Positions 1 through 13,700 of a DNA stretch of 64,000 bases are shown piece by piece. Below the pieces are notes generated by a model. It ran no database searches, had not been told where the DNA came from, and was given only the letters and a program-made list of their open reading frames with translations. The DNA comes from Phoronis australis (taxonomy: Eukaryota; Animalia; Phoronida): the NCBI GenBank assembly GCA_002633005.1, contig NMRA01000511.1, positions 249,155 through 313,154 on the forward strand, in the 5' to 3' direction. The position numbers and the translations under genes were made by a program. Each line of letters begins with the position of its first letter. Position 1 is the first letter of the stretch.

Positions 1-1343
1 AAAACTGTCAAAGAGACTTACCTTCGCCTCTTACATACACTGTATACACAAAGATCGGGTGATAATCTAGTCTAAACGAAGCTTCAAAATAAGTTTGAAA
101 ATCTGTCAATCATTAAAGCTTTCATAAGAAACACACCAGTTTATTTTGTGAAACCACAGCGCATCGTAAGCTGTTCTGCTACAAAAACTATAAATATTTC
201 ATGTCAAACAAAAATATTGTGAATTTCATTAAAACGTATCTATTTCAATAGTTCAATCTAATTCGACAAAGCGCACAGTATTTGCTACTGTTTCAATGAT
301 GTCCTACATGTAACGCCCAGAGTAGAAATATAACAACTGCAATACAGAGCTGAACTAATTGAAAATCCAATAAATTAATTTAACGCTGCGTAATAGATAT
401 CGAAGAAGTTATCAAGAAACACGCATTTACACTGAAGATAACAACGGCTTGAAATTGTGGTACTCGACAAAGTCAGTAAAATGCTCACCGATCCCTGTAA
501 GGCCCTCCCCTGTTGTCGTGGCTTTTGACATTGACTCCTTTATGAGCGGACGGGACCTTAACAGAATTACGCTCTCCTCGCTAGCGACCAAGTTGACCCT
601 TGGCTGCACCCCTACCATCACGTACGGCAACCTCACGTTCCAAGTTTGAAACTGTTTTTTGCGCCCCTCGCTATCTCCACGGCGTTTGCGGGCACAATTA
701 TTTTGTGCCCCTGGGCGTGGGTCGGCCCTGAAAGACCAAGGAAAATTGCTCCTGGTTAACCTTTCGCATTGGGTCTAAAATGCTTGTGGCCGAGAAAGAA
801 TGTTAGTCCACCGTACTAAATCCGTAATGCGAAAGCCCTAAAAGAATTGGAAAATGCGTACACAAATTCCAGCCGTGGCTGCGCATGCCCGTGCATGTAA
901 GTTAAGCTTGCCCGTGTGACCCAAGGTACAAATCAATGCGAAGTCCTCGGCTGTGGCTGCCCGGCGAATGTGCCACACCCACTGACAATCGACGCAAAAT
1001 ACATTTCTGTCCCAGACGCCAAATATTGCCCCAGTTTGCACTTGACACAAAGGCCACTACACTGTATTTGCGCAGGTAAACTTTCATCACGCATGTAGCG
1101 TATTCAAGAAGTTGATTTTTTTACATGTTTGTCTCTTTACAAACGTCAAAGGATGAATTCAAGCGTACATTATATGCGGTGTGCGTGACGTTGGGTTGGC
1201 CCGCGATTGACACAGTCGGCTGGAAACTTGTAGGGTGCGCAAATACCGATGAGATGTTGTGTTTATCCGAAGTCTGATTCTTGATTTTCCACATAACGTT
1301 GAAGTTCTTCTCAGTACCATAAATACGCGAGACTTGAGCTAGA

Positions 1344-1425
1344 ATGGGGACTACGCTGAGAAATCTTGTCTACGTCATAGCAGCCCTGGTCAGCCTATCT
1401 GCGGGGCAGCAAACTCCGCAAACAG
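1344..1425 (+). CDS. Exon 1, signal peptide
   Basis: MGTTLRNLVYVIAALVSLSAGQQTPQT with a hydrophobic core; donor G|gtgagt, phase 1. Confidence 0.85.
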
Positions 1426-4400
1426 GTGAGTGTGGTCATAGAAGTCGTCTCAAGCCCACCACTTTGTGCCGACAAGGAATTGCATCAAAGTACCTTAGCT
1501 CTAAAAATCGATTTTGCACTGACGATTGTGTTGCATTGCAGAATGTGTTGGTATTTTAATGTCGGATTTTAAATGTTGAAACTCCTGTTAGGTTGAGTCA
1601 TAAGTGACGAAGAAAATAACCTGCAACATTAAATTGAACATTTGCCCTCGCAACAGGAAAAGGACGTGGGTAGACGTTTACCACCAATCCTTGGAGAGGT
1701 TCTTAATGTGGTCTTTGAGGTATAACGGTCAGTTATACCGCATTGATTTTACCCTGGACCGACTCATTTCGAGACGTACATGTATGTCCACCGACTAAAA
1801 AGCCTCGTCCACACTAATTTGAACAAGGTCTTGGCGTTTGCTTTGGGATACCTATACAAAGAAACGTAAAAAGGCGTAGGGAATGTCTGAAGCGCTAAGA
1901 TTTGCAAACCAGTAATTAAAAAATGCCGCATCAAATTTACTCGTCTGGGGTGGATATTTTCTTTGAAAAAGTGAGCAAATAAAAAAAAACAAACAAACAC
2001 TGCACCACAGACCAAAAACAACTTTGTCCCTTTTTGATCTTGACAATGATTTTGTTTGGCATGTGCGTGGAAGAGAAGTGACAAAACTGCAAAGAAGCAT
2101 ATGAGAAAGAGATATGACTCCTGGGGACTTCGTTTGGTATCTGAATGCTCATAACAAGCCAAGCAGGAACGATTTCACACCGGTTATTTGCTACTTAATG
2201 ATGCAAGTCTTCTTACAGCTAACACCTTCACCCGGTGCATTTTATATCCGGTTGCTTGAGGTTTAAGTGTGCACGAACTACGACCTATAACGACCCGGCT
2301 GTATGGTTCATCTTAAAGTTGCGCCATGTTCAAGATTATAGTGCGTGTCCCTTTGAGTATCTGGGGTATGTAGGAGATTTGAGGTTCGGTTTTACGTTTG
2401 ATGATTTTTCTATCGCAAAAGAAATACGGTAGAGCCCAAAGAAAGGTCACGCACTTTAGCAGTGTTCACATGCTTACACTCTGTTCACATGGTGTCCCCA
2501 TACTCGGAACAAGATCCGCTACCTGTCGAAGAATTCACGTGTGAAGGGTAGCCAAACGTCTGCATAGTACTTGCGTCTAACAACCCAAACCAGGCGACTG
2601 GTGTGACTTCTTACTACCCAAAAATCTAGATTCTGATGACGTGACTCTGCGAGCTCATGGTGAACATGCATTGTTGGCCAGAATATAATCATTTCGTACT
2701 GTCTTGATATCCAAATTATATGTACGATGAGAGATAGAATGCCTTCGTGAATGCTCAGTGATCCGCTTCTGATCAGACGACTAATCTGCCTTCTTATAAA
2801 AAAAATTACAAACAGCGGTCACACATAACCGTCTGATTTCCCTGGTCTCATCTAAGCGTTACTGGAGAGTGCATGTACGACCTGCCATCTTATACCACTT
2901 CCTAACTCAGAGGCAGATCTTTCTTCTCGTAACCGGAGAAGTGTACATTTCAATGACGTTAACTTGAGGGTAGGCACTGATGACTCTTGGAATGATCGCA
3001 AGTAATTGGCCAGAGCACTAGAATATTGCAAAATTTTGTTATGCTAATACTAAGTACAGCTACACAGCTTAAAGGGGCTTTTCTGAAAGTTCATCTTTAG
3101 CGGCTGATCTGCCTTTCGAGTTAGACATCCTCAGTACTACTGGGCAAAGGTATTACGTCTTTTCACGTGCTTCTATCATGGTACTTGTGGTCAAGTCACA
3201 AATTACGACTACAAAACATCGTTGAGTTAACAAAAACGTGGCAAATTTGGTCTACCTGAATTGGATGTTTAAAGAGGCCGCCCATGGGCGTAAACCGTGT
3301 ATACACATGTAGTATAAATTGCCCGTAAATCTAATTCAATGGCAAATTAGCATTTACCAGCATTGTGTTCAGATCAATGAGTTTCATGATTTATTTGCCG
3401 CATGCAACCTTGTAAACACAACTTCAGAGTGAACTTAGGACAAGCGTCGTGTTCTGAGGGTTCACCATGCATAGTAGGTCAAATATTTGTACGGATTATG
3501 AAAACAATATGAGGCCTGAGTGGTGAACCAAAACAACAAGCCGTTGTATTGTTACTGGTCATGTTCCCTATTAGGCAGTGTGGGCCACAGGGTGACACAT
3601 GACAGTTAAATATCCATTATTTTTGGGATCTATTATAGCATTATACCAAGCGCGTGAACTGTAATAACATATAGGCACATTATAGGTCAATACATCAACT
3701 TACGGACCGCTATTGAGATTGAAACGTAACAGTCTATGTCTGTATTTGGATAACAACTGAACACATCAACCGAAGTTTTATGAGTAAATGGTACTCATAT
3801 TCCAAACGTCACTTAGTTTTGAAATATCTTGACTATGATATCACACTGGACTCTCAACTGAGAACACTTTTTGTCAAAATGTTCCCGGGTTTCCTAATAT
3901 TTTGTTGTTTACAAATAAATAACGATCTGATCCTTAAGGTACTGATTAGACACAACCGAAATTCATCTGGTGTCACGAACAGCCTAGACTGCGTTTGAAC
4001 ATCATAGTTGGTGACACAAGATTTACAGAAGTTCTGTTTGTTCAGATGAGGCGTTTAGATTAAAATCGAAACGTTGATCATGAACTCTTAGCACTATATT
4101 CATAACACGGGAAAACCTTGAATATTCGTAAACCCGTTGGATGTATGATTGAATGTATATGCTAGAGTACGATTTTATTGACTTAATACGTGAGTGCTAC
4201 GTGTTGCCGGCTAAAGAATATTTGGAATATTTGGAGACACATTACAGTCCGTAGTAGGAAGGCAACTTTACGGTGTTAGACGCTGCAAAAAAATACAAAG
4301 TTTGCCTCACCACTCCAAAACCCAGTCGCGCGGAAGATGAAAAATGTATATGTTATACAACGTACGTGTTTGTACCAGTGTTTATTTTATCGGGATTCGC

Positions 4401-7400
4401 TTTATACAAACGTATTTGAACGGGGAAGAAGTCCGAGTTCAAATATTTTTGCGTATCACAAATCGAGATATAAAACACACTTGGTAGAAACGCGTACGTT
4501 GTGTAGCATATTTAAACTAGAAAAATTATTGTCACGGCGTGACAACAACGGACTATGCGATTGCGTATTACTGGAATTATTATGGGAAGTTACTGACAGC
4601 AACCCGTTTACCAATATGAAAAGGAATTCTTTAAAACTGTAGGAGAAATTACATATTAATTTTTTGATGACCTTTCCACTAATTGACCTCTTCCGGTGCA
4701 TTATGAGCCCCGATGAGGGAGTACTTGTTAACTCGATTAAAAGTGTCGTTAATGATAATAATCACAGATGTTTTACTTTAAGCACTTCAGAATACAAGAT
4801 GAATGAAGTGGTAAAACTTTCGGAAGAAAAATGCACCAAATGACCCCATGGGTGCACCAAATGACCTGAAAATTTAGAATTCATACTCAATCGCACTTAG
4901 TAAACAGATACGTAATTCTGAAGTCTCTAGCTCAAAATTCTAGTTTGCACTCAATGACCTTTGACCAATTTTTATGATTGGTTAGGCCTATTGCGAAGTA
5001 AAGTAGGGTATTCAATTGGCATGTTGACTTACACCAGTGTGCTGAAATTGAAAAGAATTCCTTGAAAAACGTAAGAGATATAACATGTTGAACGTTACAT
5101 GACCTTTGCACTAATTGACCTTATACGGTGCAATTTAAGAATCTTGAGGAGAATTATTGCAAAGCCCATGGAAAATGTGTTTAGCGCTGAGAATCACAGT
5201 TGTCTAACGGTTGACTCATTAGAATACTTGCTGATTGAAAAGGTCAAATTTTCAGAAGAAAAATGCACCTAATGACCCCAAGTTTGCACTAAATGACCTG
5301 AAACTTTGGATTCCGATTTGATTTAACTGTGGCAATCAGACCTGTCAATTTAAAGTGTCTAGCTCAAAATTTTAGTTTGCACTTAATGACCTTTGACCTA
5401 TTTCACCTGATTGGATGACCCAATTACTTAGAAAAGTAATTTTTTAAATTGTCATGATGACTTATAGTCGGTGGGCCAGATCTCATAGCGTTCGTCCTTG
5501 TGAGTACTTTGGGGGGGCAACCTAGTTTTTTCTATGTGGCTAGATAATATACATATAAATCAAATTCCAAAAAGTTCCCACGTCTACACTTGCACATTTT
5601 TTAAAAAAAGGTGTTTTTGTTGCACAAAATGTGATGCACATTCTTGCCACTTGATGGCGCTTTTCTATTGAATTGACCAATCAGAGAGCCAGATTGTATT
5701 GTTGTGCTTAGTTACTTCAATATTGCTGCTCCCATGGAGTGTGATGCCTGTATAATTCAAGGTTTATCAAACAGCACAAAATTGTGATGTCAGAGCCTAA
5801 AGAAGCTTAGGAAAGCTTCCTGATGAAAGCTGATTGACTGTGGAACTCTGTAGATCAGTAGATCAAAAAGAAGAAGAGGTGTCACAAACGTTTGTACAGA
5901 AAACAGCTGCACGTCCTGATAGCCTACACAGTACATGTATACTGCTGAGTGCTGTAGACTAGAAGACCAAGTGACAGACCAAAAATTAAAAGAACATAGA
6001 ACGGCATAGCAACGTTTCAAGGCACCAACAGTAGTACTAAAGCTGAAGTTGCTGAAAATGATACAGATGTTATCCAAGATTTCCCAAGAAAATCAATCAT
6101 ACTTCCAAAATCTGAAACACCCAATTAACCTGAACGAGATAGGAACATTCTGAAACATGAGTGCATCATTTTTTAGCAGGAAAAGTTCATTATGGGCCAC
6201 ATTTCAAGAATGAAAAAGAAGTATAGATTTCAAAAACATGTACGTGTTTTTTAAAAATACATCTTGGTGTTTTCCATGTGTGTTTCAGTATTATCACCAG
6301 TTGTTTTTTAAGTTGTTCAGCCCCTTGGCTGCCTAGGCCTTAGACAATACTGCTGACCCAGTAGAGACGATGATCATACCATAGGTACTCCATATGCCGG
6401 ATACTTTTCGGCAAATTATGTTCATTTAAGTTTAGAAGTACCGCGTAGGGAGATGCCTCTGAGGAGGTCGTTAATGTTTTCATTTGTTCCCAGTTTAAAC
6501 AAATACTCCTGCAATCCTGTTCTCCGAACACTCCATTCAGTTGCCACATCGACACGACTGCTTGCACTAAGGGATAATCCTATGGCGTTATACTGTCGGT
6601 GTGATTTTAAAGCACTTTAAGTCAAAAATTTTTGAGAAGGTTAAAATTGGAGTAGATGGTTGCAAACAACATGCCCAAGTGGACGTCATCCCCTGCCGTA
6701 GTCTCAATTTTTTGTAAACATTATTTACTTATGTAGCTGCAATGATAATTAAATTAAAGTGCATAAGTGGCCATCGTCGGATGATAGAAGCCACTGTCCA
6801 TTTCGTCAAACGTCGATTACCTTAAGTGTAAATCGATTGACTATGGTTTGAGCATCTGATTTTAAAAAAATAAATTTCAATCACTGCACTGGTATATCAG
6901 CTGATTTATTTTCAGTTGCATCAACTGACCTATTAGACGATCAACATTATTAGGCTACAGATCAGACAGCATGTAAATTTGTTATGCTGGTGGTGGATCA
7001 GTTCCTGTTAAGTCCGTCAGAAAAAGTTGCGTGCCAACTCACTCATAGTTGAATGTTAAAATAGTGTTAACAGTTTGGGTTTTTTCAGTTGGACTTGTAT
7101 CGCAAGCAACAGCTCAGTCCAGAGCCCTGACTATGCAAATGAAATTCAAAGATAAAGACCTTGTGTCTTAGAAGCCAAGTACCACAGATCATCATGCTAT
7201 AAAAAATAGAAAGACAACGATTGTGAAGAGTGACGAATTCACAGTTTTCAGAGATGTTTTTCTACAGTTTTGTTTGGAGTTCATTAAATCGAAGCTTCTA
7301 ACATAAGGAGATGTCATTTGCCTTTCAAAATTAAAGCAAGACTTTGAAGCTGTTCTTCAGAAAGCTGGTGTGCATGAAGTTATTTGGACAGGCAATCTTA

Positions 7401-10400
7401 AGAAATATTGTTGAAGCTACTCACTGTTGTAGTTTGTGCCCGACTAAGAGATACGAAAGTGAATTGAGGCTAGTGTTCAATAATTCACTTGCTGACTCTA
7501 ATTAACACAGCCCATTATAACATATTTTGAATCAAACGTTTGCCCAAATAGTGCCCGCCTCCAAACAAGGACTTAGTGTTTGACCCTTCATTGCCTGCGG
7601 GCTAATCACCAGTGTGCAGTGCTGTACCCTCTCTAATCGACCATAGTTGGCTCCTTGGCGGTGGAGCTTTGCAGTTAATATGTATGGCAATGACCGCATC
7701 TCCATTGACAGTACTAAACGATGAACGCTGCAAGTGCAAAAAGAACATGTGTGCTGGGAAACTGAGTTTGTGCTGAAATGCTGGGTCAAACTGTACAGAA
7801 ATGTGCAGCTGTGACAACTGTAGTAACATCAGCAACACTGACTGCATAACATTGGATAGTTCTTTGACAAGTCAACACTAAATAGGCCTCCAACCCCGTT
7901 ATTTCCTTTTTTGTATTAAAAAGTTAATTTTATTTGTTGATTAAGTCATAGAAAGTACATACTTTAATCATTGTCATGTATTTGTCTCATACTGCTTGAT
8001 CAACGCTGTCAGAATAATCTATTATTTTCATACAGTCTTTGTGCACATTCACAGAGATCATTCAACTATATTGTTTTTGTACTATAACGTATTTCTGGTG
8101 TATTATGCAAACAAACTGTATTTTACACCATTAGCCAATGTTTTAGTCATTGAGGCACAAATTTTGCCCAGTCTCAAGTGTTTTGTATTATTTTTGTTGC
8201 CTGACTATGCCAGAATAACTTCCTAGTAACATTCAGACGTAGTTTGCATTTTTGCCACTAGGTGTCTCTTTACATTTTTTAAATTTCATAGTTTACAATT
8301 AATTCACAATAGTAAAACATGTAATGTGGATGTAATATTGTTCAATACAATGGCACTGATGGGACCATATTACTTGTTTTACCAAAAGTCACCAAAACTG
8401 TTGTTTTTACAAATATAAGTTTACTAAGCTCTTTGGTGATTATTAGGTAAATTCAAACTCAAATTTCTCAAAAATGTGCAACTTTATATGTGGGAACTTT
8501 TTAGAACTTGAAAACACTCTAATAAAGGAATTAAAAAACACCAAAATATAATTATGCCCCTAAAGTACTCACAAAAACCATTTTCTAGAGGCCCTACAAA
8601 ATCTGGCCCACCGACTATTATACCTGTGCACCGAATTTGAAAAAGATAGCTTTAAAACTGACGGAGAAGTAGCATTTTGAAAATTATACGACCTTTGCAC
8701 CAAACGCCCTCCTCCGGTGCGATATGGAATATGATTATGTAACCAATCAAAATTTATATACTGTCAAAAGTCATATGCTGAATTTAAAGACCGTACATGC
8801 ACCCAATTTGGAGTTATTAAGCCTCAAAGTTGGTCGGAAAAAGAATAAGAATAAGAAGAATAAGAATAAAATTGAAGAAAACCCAGGAACAACAGTACTC
8901 TGCGCTTACACGCGCAGAGTAATAAAATTGAAGAAAACCCAGGAACAACAGTACTCTGCGCTTACACGCGCAGAGTAATAAGAATAAGAATAAGAATAAG
9001 AATAAGAATAAAATTGAAGAAAACCCAGCAACAACAGTACCCTGCGCTTGTACGCGCAGAGTAACTATGCACCCCAATGAGGATTATATAAAGAAGCGGG
9101 TTTACACAGATTGCTCCACTTGTTTTTGTGTGTTCAGAACAGTGCCTGAATTGGCCACTCCCAAATTTGGAGAACAGGATACGTGTGTATAGTCAAAATT
9201 TCCCTTTTTTCGAAACATTTCTTCAACCTTTGTTAATGACTGTGAGGGAAAGCACTTATTTAGAAATACGGCACACTAATTATACAGAATCACAGGTTTT
9301 CCGACTGACAATGGATCAGCAAATTAGGCATTGTTCAATGTAAGCTATTATGACGCGCGTTCTAGACCTACAAATTCGAATGGAAATGAACAGTCATATG
9401 ACATTCTTGAAAATTTTGACCGTCTTGTGTTTTTTTCTAATTCACTGAGACAATTTAGCTTTTGATTTTTTTTCCGATATTACACTGTACATGTACATGT
9501 ACATGTATGTGTTTGGATTAATTGGTGTTGTCCGACAACGCACATTGATTTGACGGGAACAGACATAGTTTTATTCGCTCTGTGAAATACAGTGTAGCCT
9601 ACTTAGGGTTATTGCTGGTTATGGCTAACGCTGTGCTAAAAGGTAAAGGCAGGGGGAAGGCAAAGTCTGTGGACGTTGTCGGAAAAATCTTGGAGCAAGC
9701 TGAGAAAACGAGTGCATCCTCGGAAATAGTGGAGTTTGCCACTATGTTGTTGAATGATGTGGCCAGAAATAAATGATAATTGATTTGGAACAATTACTGT
9801 TGCTTCTGAATATGAACATCGATAGCTTTAAAGTCTCATGGAACCCCATTATTCGTATTCCTACGCAGAATTTTGAAATTAAACGAAACTTCACTAAGTT
9901 GAAGTTTGATTGTAATTCCGCGTAGAAATATTAGCACAATAGAGGTTACATTTCCGCTTCATAGGTTTCTCTACCATGTTGGTGAGATGTTTGAGTTGGG
10001 GTATGTAATTCGGGTGCAGTATAAAGGTGTTCGCACCGCTCATTTGGTCTGATGATGCATACTCAACTTCGAAGAATGGTTCGGTCATGCGCAGTGCCCT
10101 CTCTCGTGTATTAAGCTAATATTCCTACGCAGAGTTACAATCAAACTTCAACTTAGTGAAGTTTCGTTTAATATCAAAATTATCGGCAATTTGGAGTCCT
10201 AAATTTGTGAAATTTTAACTTAGCCTTTTAAGTTGTAATCATATGCTGTTAAACAACAGGTTTCAAAATTATAGTGTGGTAGAGGAATGGTCTATGTATA
10301 AATCATACTTTTATTTGTGATAATAGAAATCTAGTAGAACTGACCTACGGTCTACTATCGATGACTTTGCAAGAGTCATTGAAGGTGTAGTTGAGTCCTT

Positions 10401-10664
10401 GTGGTTTTGCTCACCTAAATCAGGAATTATATTGGTCTTACAAGTACTAACTAAAGCATTATAAACGTGTTTCTGACATAAAAAGTATGTGCCTATAAGC
10501 TTTAGTTCCGAGAGACCAACAGAATGCCTGCTGTTGGCGAACGTACATGTAGGTCACTTGCACTGAATTTGGTCTTTCACATAACAGTTCTTTGGAAGGA
10601 ACTTAATAAGGCTACAGTTGATTAGTGTATGCGTGCGTGCGTGCGTGCGTGCGTGCGTGTGTGC

Positions 10665-10702
<38 letters not shown>

Positions 10703-13700
10703 ACATGTAGGTTTCTGAGGGCCACTGATTGAAGACAAAATTTGGAGGTTTGGCCATGGAATTGTTCCCATACCTTGTACTTCTAAGTTGGCACAATTTA
10801 TATTTTGTTCCATGAGCTAACTATTGTTTGTTCTATTCCAGATTATGCCTTTGTGTCGGACTCTTTCAAGAGAGCCATCTGGCAGGTGGACCTTTCCAAC
10901 ACGTCGAAGGCCGTGGTTCATCTGGCTTATGCCAATAATCAATACGGTCCTTCTTATATGGCTTGTGATACTAAGTCTCAGTATATTTACTGGGTGGATA
11001 ACCGTAACATGAATATTAAAAAAATGTCAGTCATAAGGAACAGCTCTTCCGGCTATGGCTATGCCGTGTCGTTGGATTTCAGTAAGTAAATAATCCAGGT
11101 CTATGGTTTACATAGAATGTCTATTCAGTTTGTGTTACGTATCGAATATAATTATTGAATTTGAAATTGTGCAATGCCAGGGGAAATAACGTTGGATGTG
11201 CGTTCACTCATTTTGGGTTATGGGGAATTCCTAATGCGCAAAATTGCTTACAATTTTACGGGCCACAGGTTGTAAGTAATGGGTGTCGTCTACATGCCAT
11301 AGGCCTTTTGAAATTGATGTGATCGGAGAAACATGTTTACCTTTAGTGATTAGTTCGAGAAAAGTTTGCATTAAATTCAATAATTTCAAAACTCTATTTC
11401 CTCTGGCTTTGCTGTTTGAATACTCAAAATCAAACCAGTTTCTGCAACAAAGCTGGTCTAAGAAGTTGCGTTGGATTGACTTTATTACTGTTGGTGTGAA
11501 GTATACATACATGCAGTATGAGTGGCTTATGCGTAGTCTATTTCTGGATTTCGTAAGTAAAATTATCTTTAAGATCCAAAGTTATTTTTGTTGATAATAC
11601 TGAATATACAATTTTCAGAGAACAGTATAGGTGGTCTTGCAGTAGATGAAAATGCACGTCTTGTGTTTTTCACTGATGTGACTGAAAAGAAACTTGGCGT
11701 GACCAGTATTCGAGGCGGAGCATCATATTACAGTTTTATTGCCCAGAACCTGAGCCAGCCGACAGGAATCGCTGTTGATCCTCAGAACAGGTATGCACTT
11801 TACTTTGCGGTTACATAACCATAAATCTCCACGGGAAACTTATTTGTAGCTTTCCCATTATTGAAGCAGTGGTCTATCGAAATTCCACCGCAACTCTCCT
11901 CTCCTTGCAGACTTTCGCTCTTAACTTCGAAGTTACCTCTAAACAGCAGATGGCGTTGTTTATTTGCACTCTCGATTGAACACGTGGGTTGCATGTTGCG
12001 ACATTTATCGACTGCTGTTGTGGAGTAGATTTTTAATCTTATATCCAGTCACGAGAGAGTTGCGTAACTTTTCATGACTCTATTTACTTTAAGAGGAGAT
12101 GGTGGCTGCTGATGTCCGAGAGTAAAAAATTACCAATCACCGAAACTGTTGGAAACAGGGGAGTGTCGGTGTTGATGAGAAAGCGCCTTCGGTGTTTTGA
12201 GGGTTCTTGGATCTCTCACTGCTTGAACAACAAGGTTGTTTTGCATACCTGACAGAGAAATACGTAGTCTGTCTGAGTGTGATCAGTCAGCCTTTTAAAT
12301 TCTGCAAACACAACTGCTAAGTTAAAAACTGTCGCACTGATTACGTGCAGGAGTGACCGAAATAGTATATTTATCTTTTTATTTGTACTTCTTTTCTTCC
12401 ATCTCATTCTATTTGTGTGTGCAAAACAAAACTGCATGTCCCATAAGAAGTCACAGATTCCATGTGTTGTAAAGTGCAGGAGTATTTTTTTGCTCTAGGA
12501 TAAACTTCTGTTAAGACCGGGAGTGGCTGTGTAGCATCCAGGCAGAGGTTATCGATGAAGGCGGTTAAATTTTCAATAAATCAGTCGATTGTGAGATGGC
12601 CAGTTATTCACAAAAGAGAGCTGGACGCTCCTGTGTAGATGCTTGCCACATGGCTGTCGACCTAAGATTTGGGTTTGGTCTTTCGTGGGTGACAGCATTT
12701 TTAAAACGTTGTGGTACTGGTAACTCGTAACTGTGATTTGTTTTATGACTTTAACTCAAGTATCTGGACATAACCTATGAGCAAAGATTGGAAAGAAAAT
12801 TTAGCTTGTCCTCAGTTGAAGTGAAATAATGCATTTAGTACTGGCTGGCAAAGTATTGCAAATGCCGCACGGGAGATGTTACACCAATTTCATGTTACTT
12901 GGCTGTCAAAAAGCTTATAAAGATTGGCCAGAAGCAGTTCCAAACCAGTAAAATCGGTGGTTCATTAATTGCAATCTATCAGGTTGTTGTACTGGAGTGA
13001 CCCCCTGAAGCAGACGATCGAGGTGTCAAATTATGATGGAACTAACATCAGAGTTGTGCTGCAGGGACAGTTGAATGGAACTAGAGCCATGACATACGAT
13101 CAGATAGGTAAGTCACCGTGGACAGTAGCCATGACAACGGTACCTGTAATTTGTCTCCGGAGGGGTTCTGCAGGTGTCTGATCTTTGTGTTGGTCATGTA
13201 GTGAATACCTCGTGCTATAAATAATTTAAACTTATTCACCACTGGTGCATATCGGCGTTTGCATTCAGTTTTACTCATTCATTATCGTTCATTCTTTTCA
13301 CCAACAGAAGAACTTCGAAATAATTTGAAACGATATAAATATGTCCTCAAGAAGAGCAATATTGTTGTGGTTGACTTAGATTTACAAAGCTTAGAACATA
13401 ACCGTGCATGCCTGTGCTGTGAACCTACATCAATATCCAGAGTCAGGCATTACCAACACTAAAATCTTACGTCATAAACTTCAGTTATTTTTTAGCACAT
13501 GTCAACCATGGTGTTGATGAGTATACCCCAGTTTCCTCGTTCTATAATATTTATCCGCTTGTTAGTATATTTCCCCAAATATACAATATGCGACTTTGAT
13601 GACTGTTTCAGAAACTGTTATAGTACAATGTGAAAATACAAAGCTGTCATTACAAAAATGATCAATATATACATTTACATGTAAATGAATTTTTTGTTAG

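Noticed and set aside
22-71. Possible minus-strand mini-exon (LDYHPIFVYTVYVRGE) with a gtaagt donor
   Set aside because: Too short, at the window edge, with no recognisable homology or partner exon.
640-840. Possible transposon end (...CCGTAATGCGAAAGCCCTA)
   Set aside because: No partner TIR or coding relic in the window.
9582-9776. Signal-peptide-like ORF MKYSVAYLGLLLVMANA, duplicated at 55290
   Set aside because: It starts at GTG, lies inside the duplicated repeat, and has no splice or domain support.
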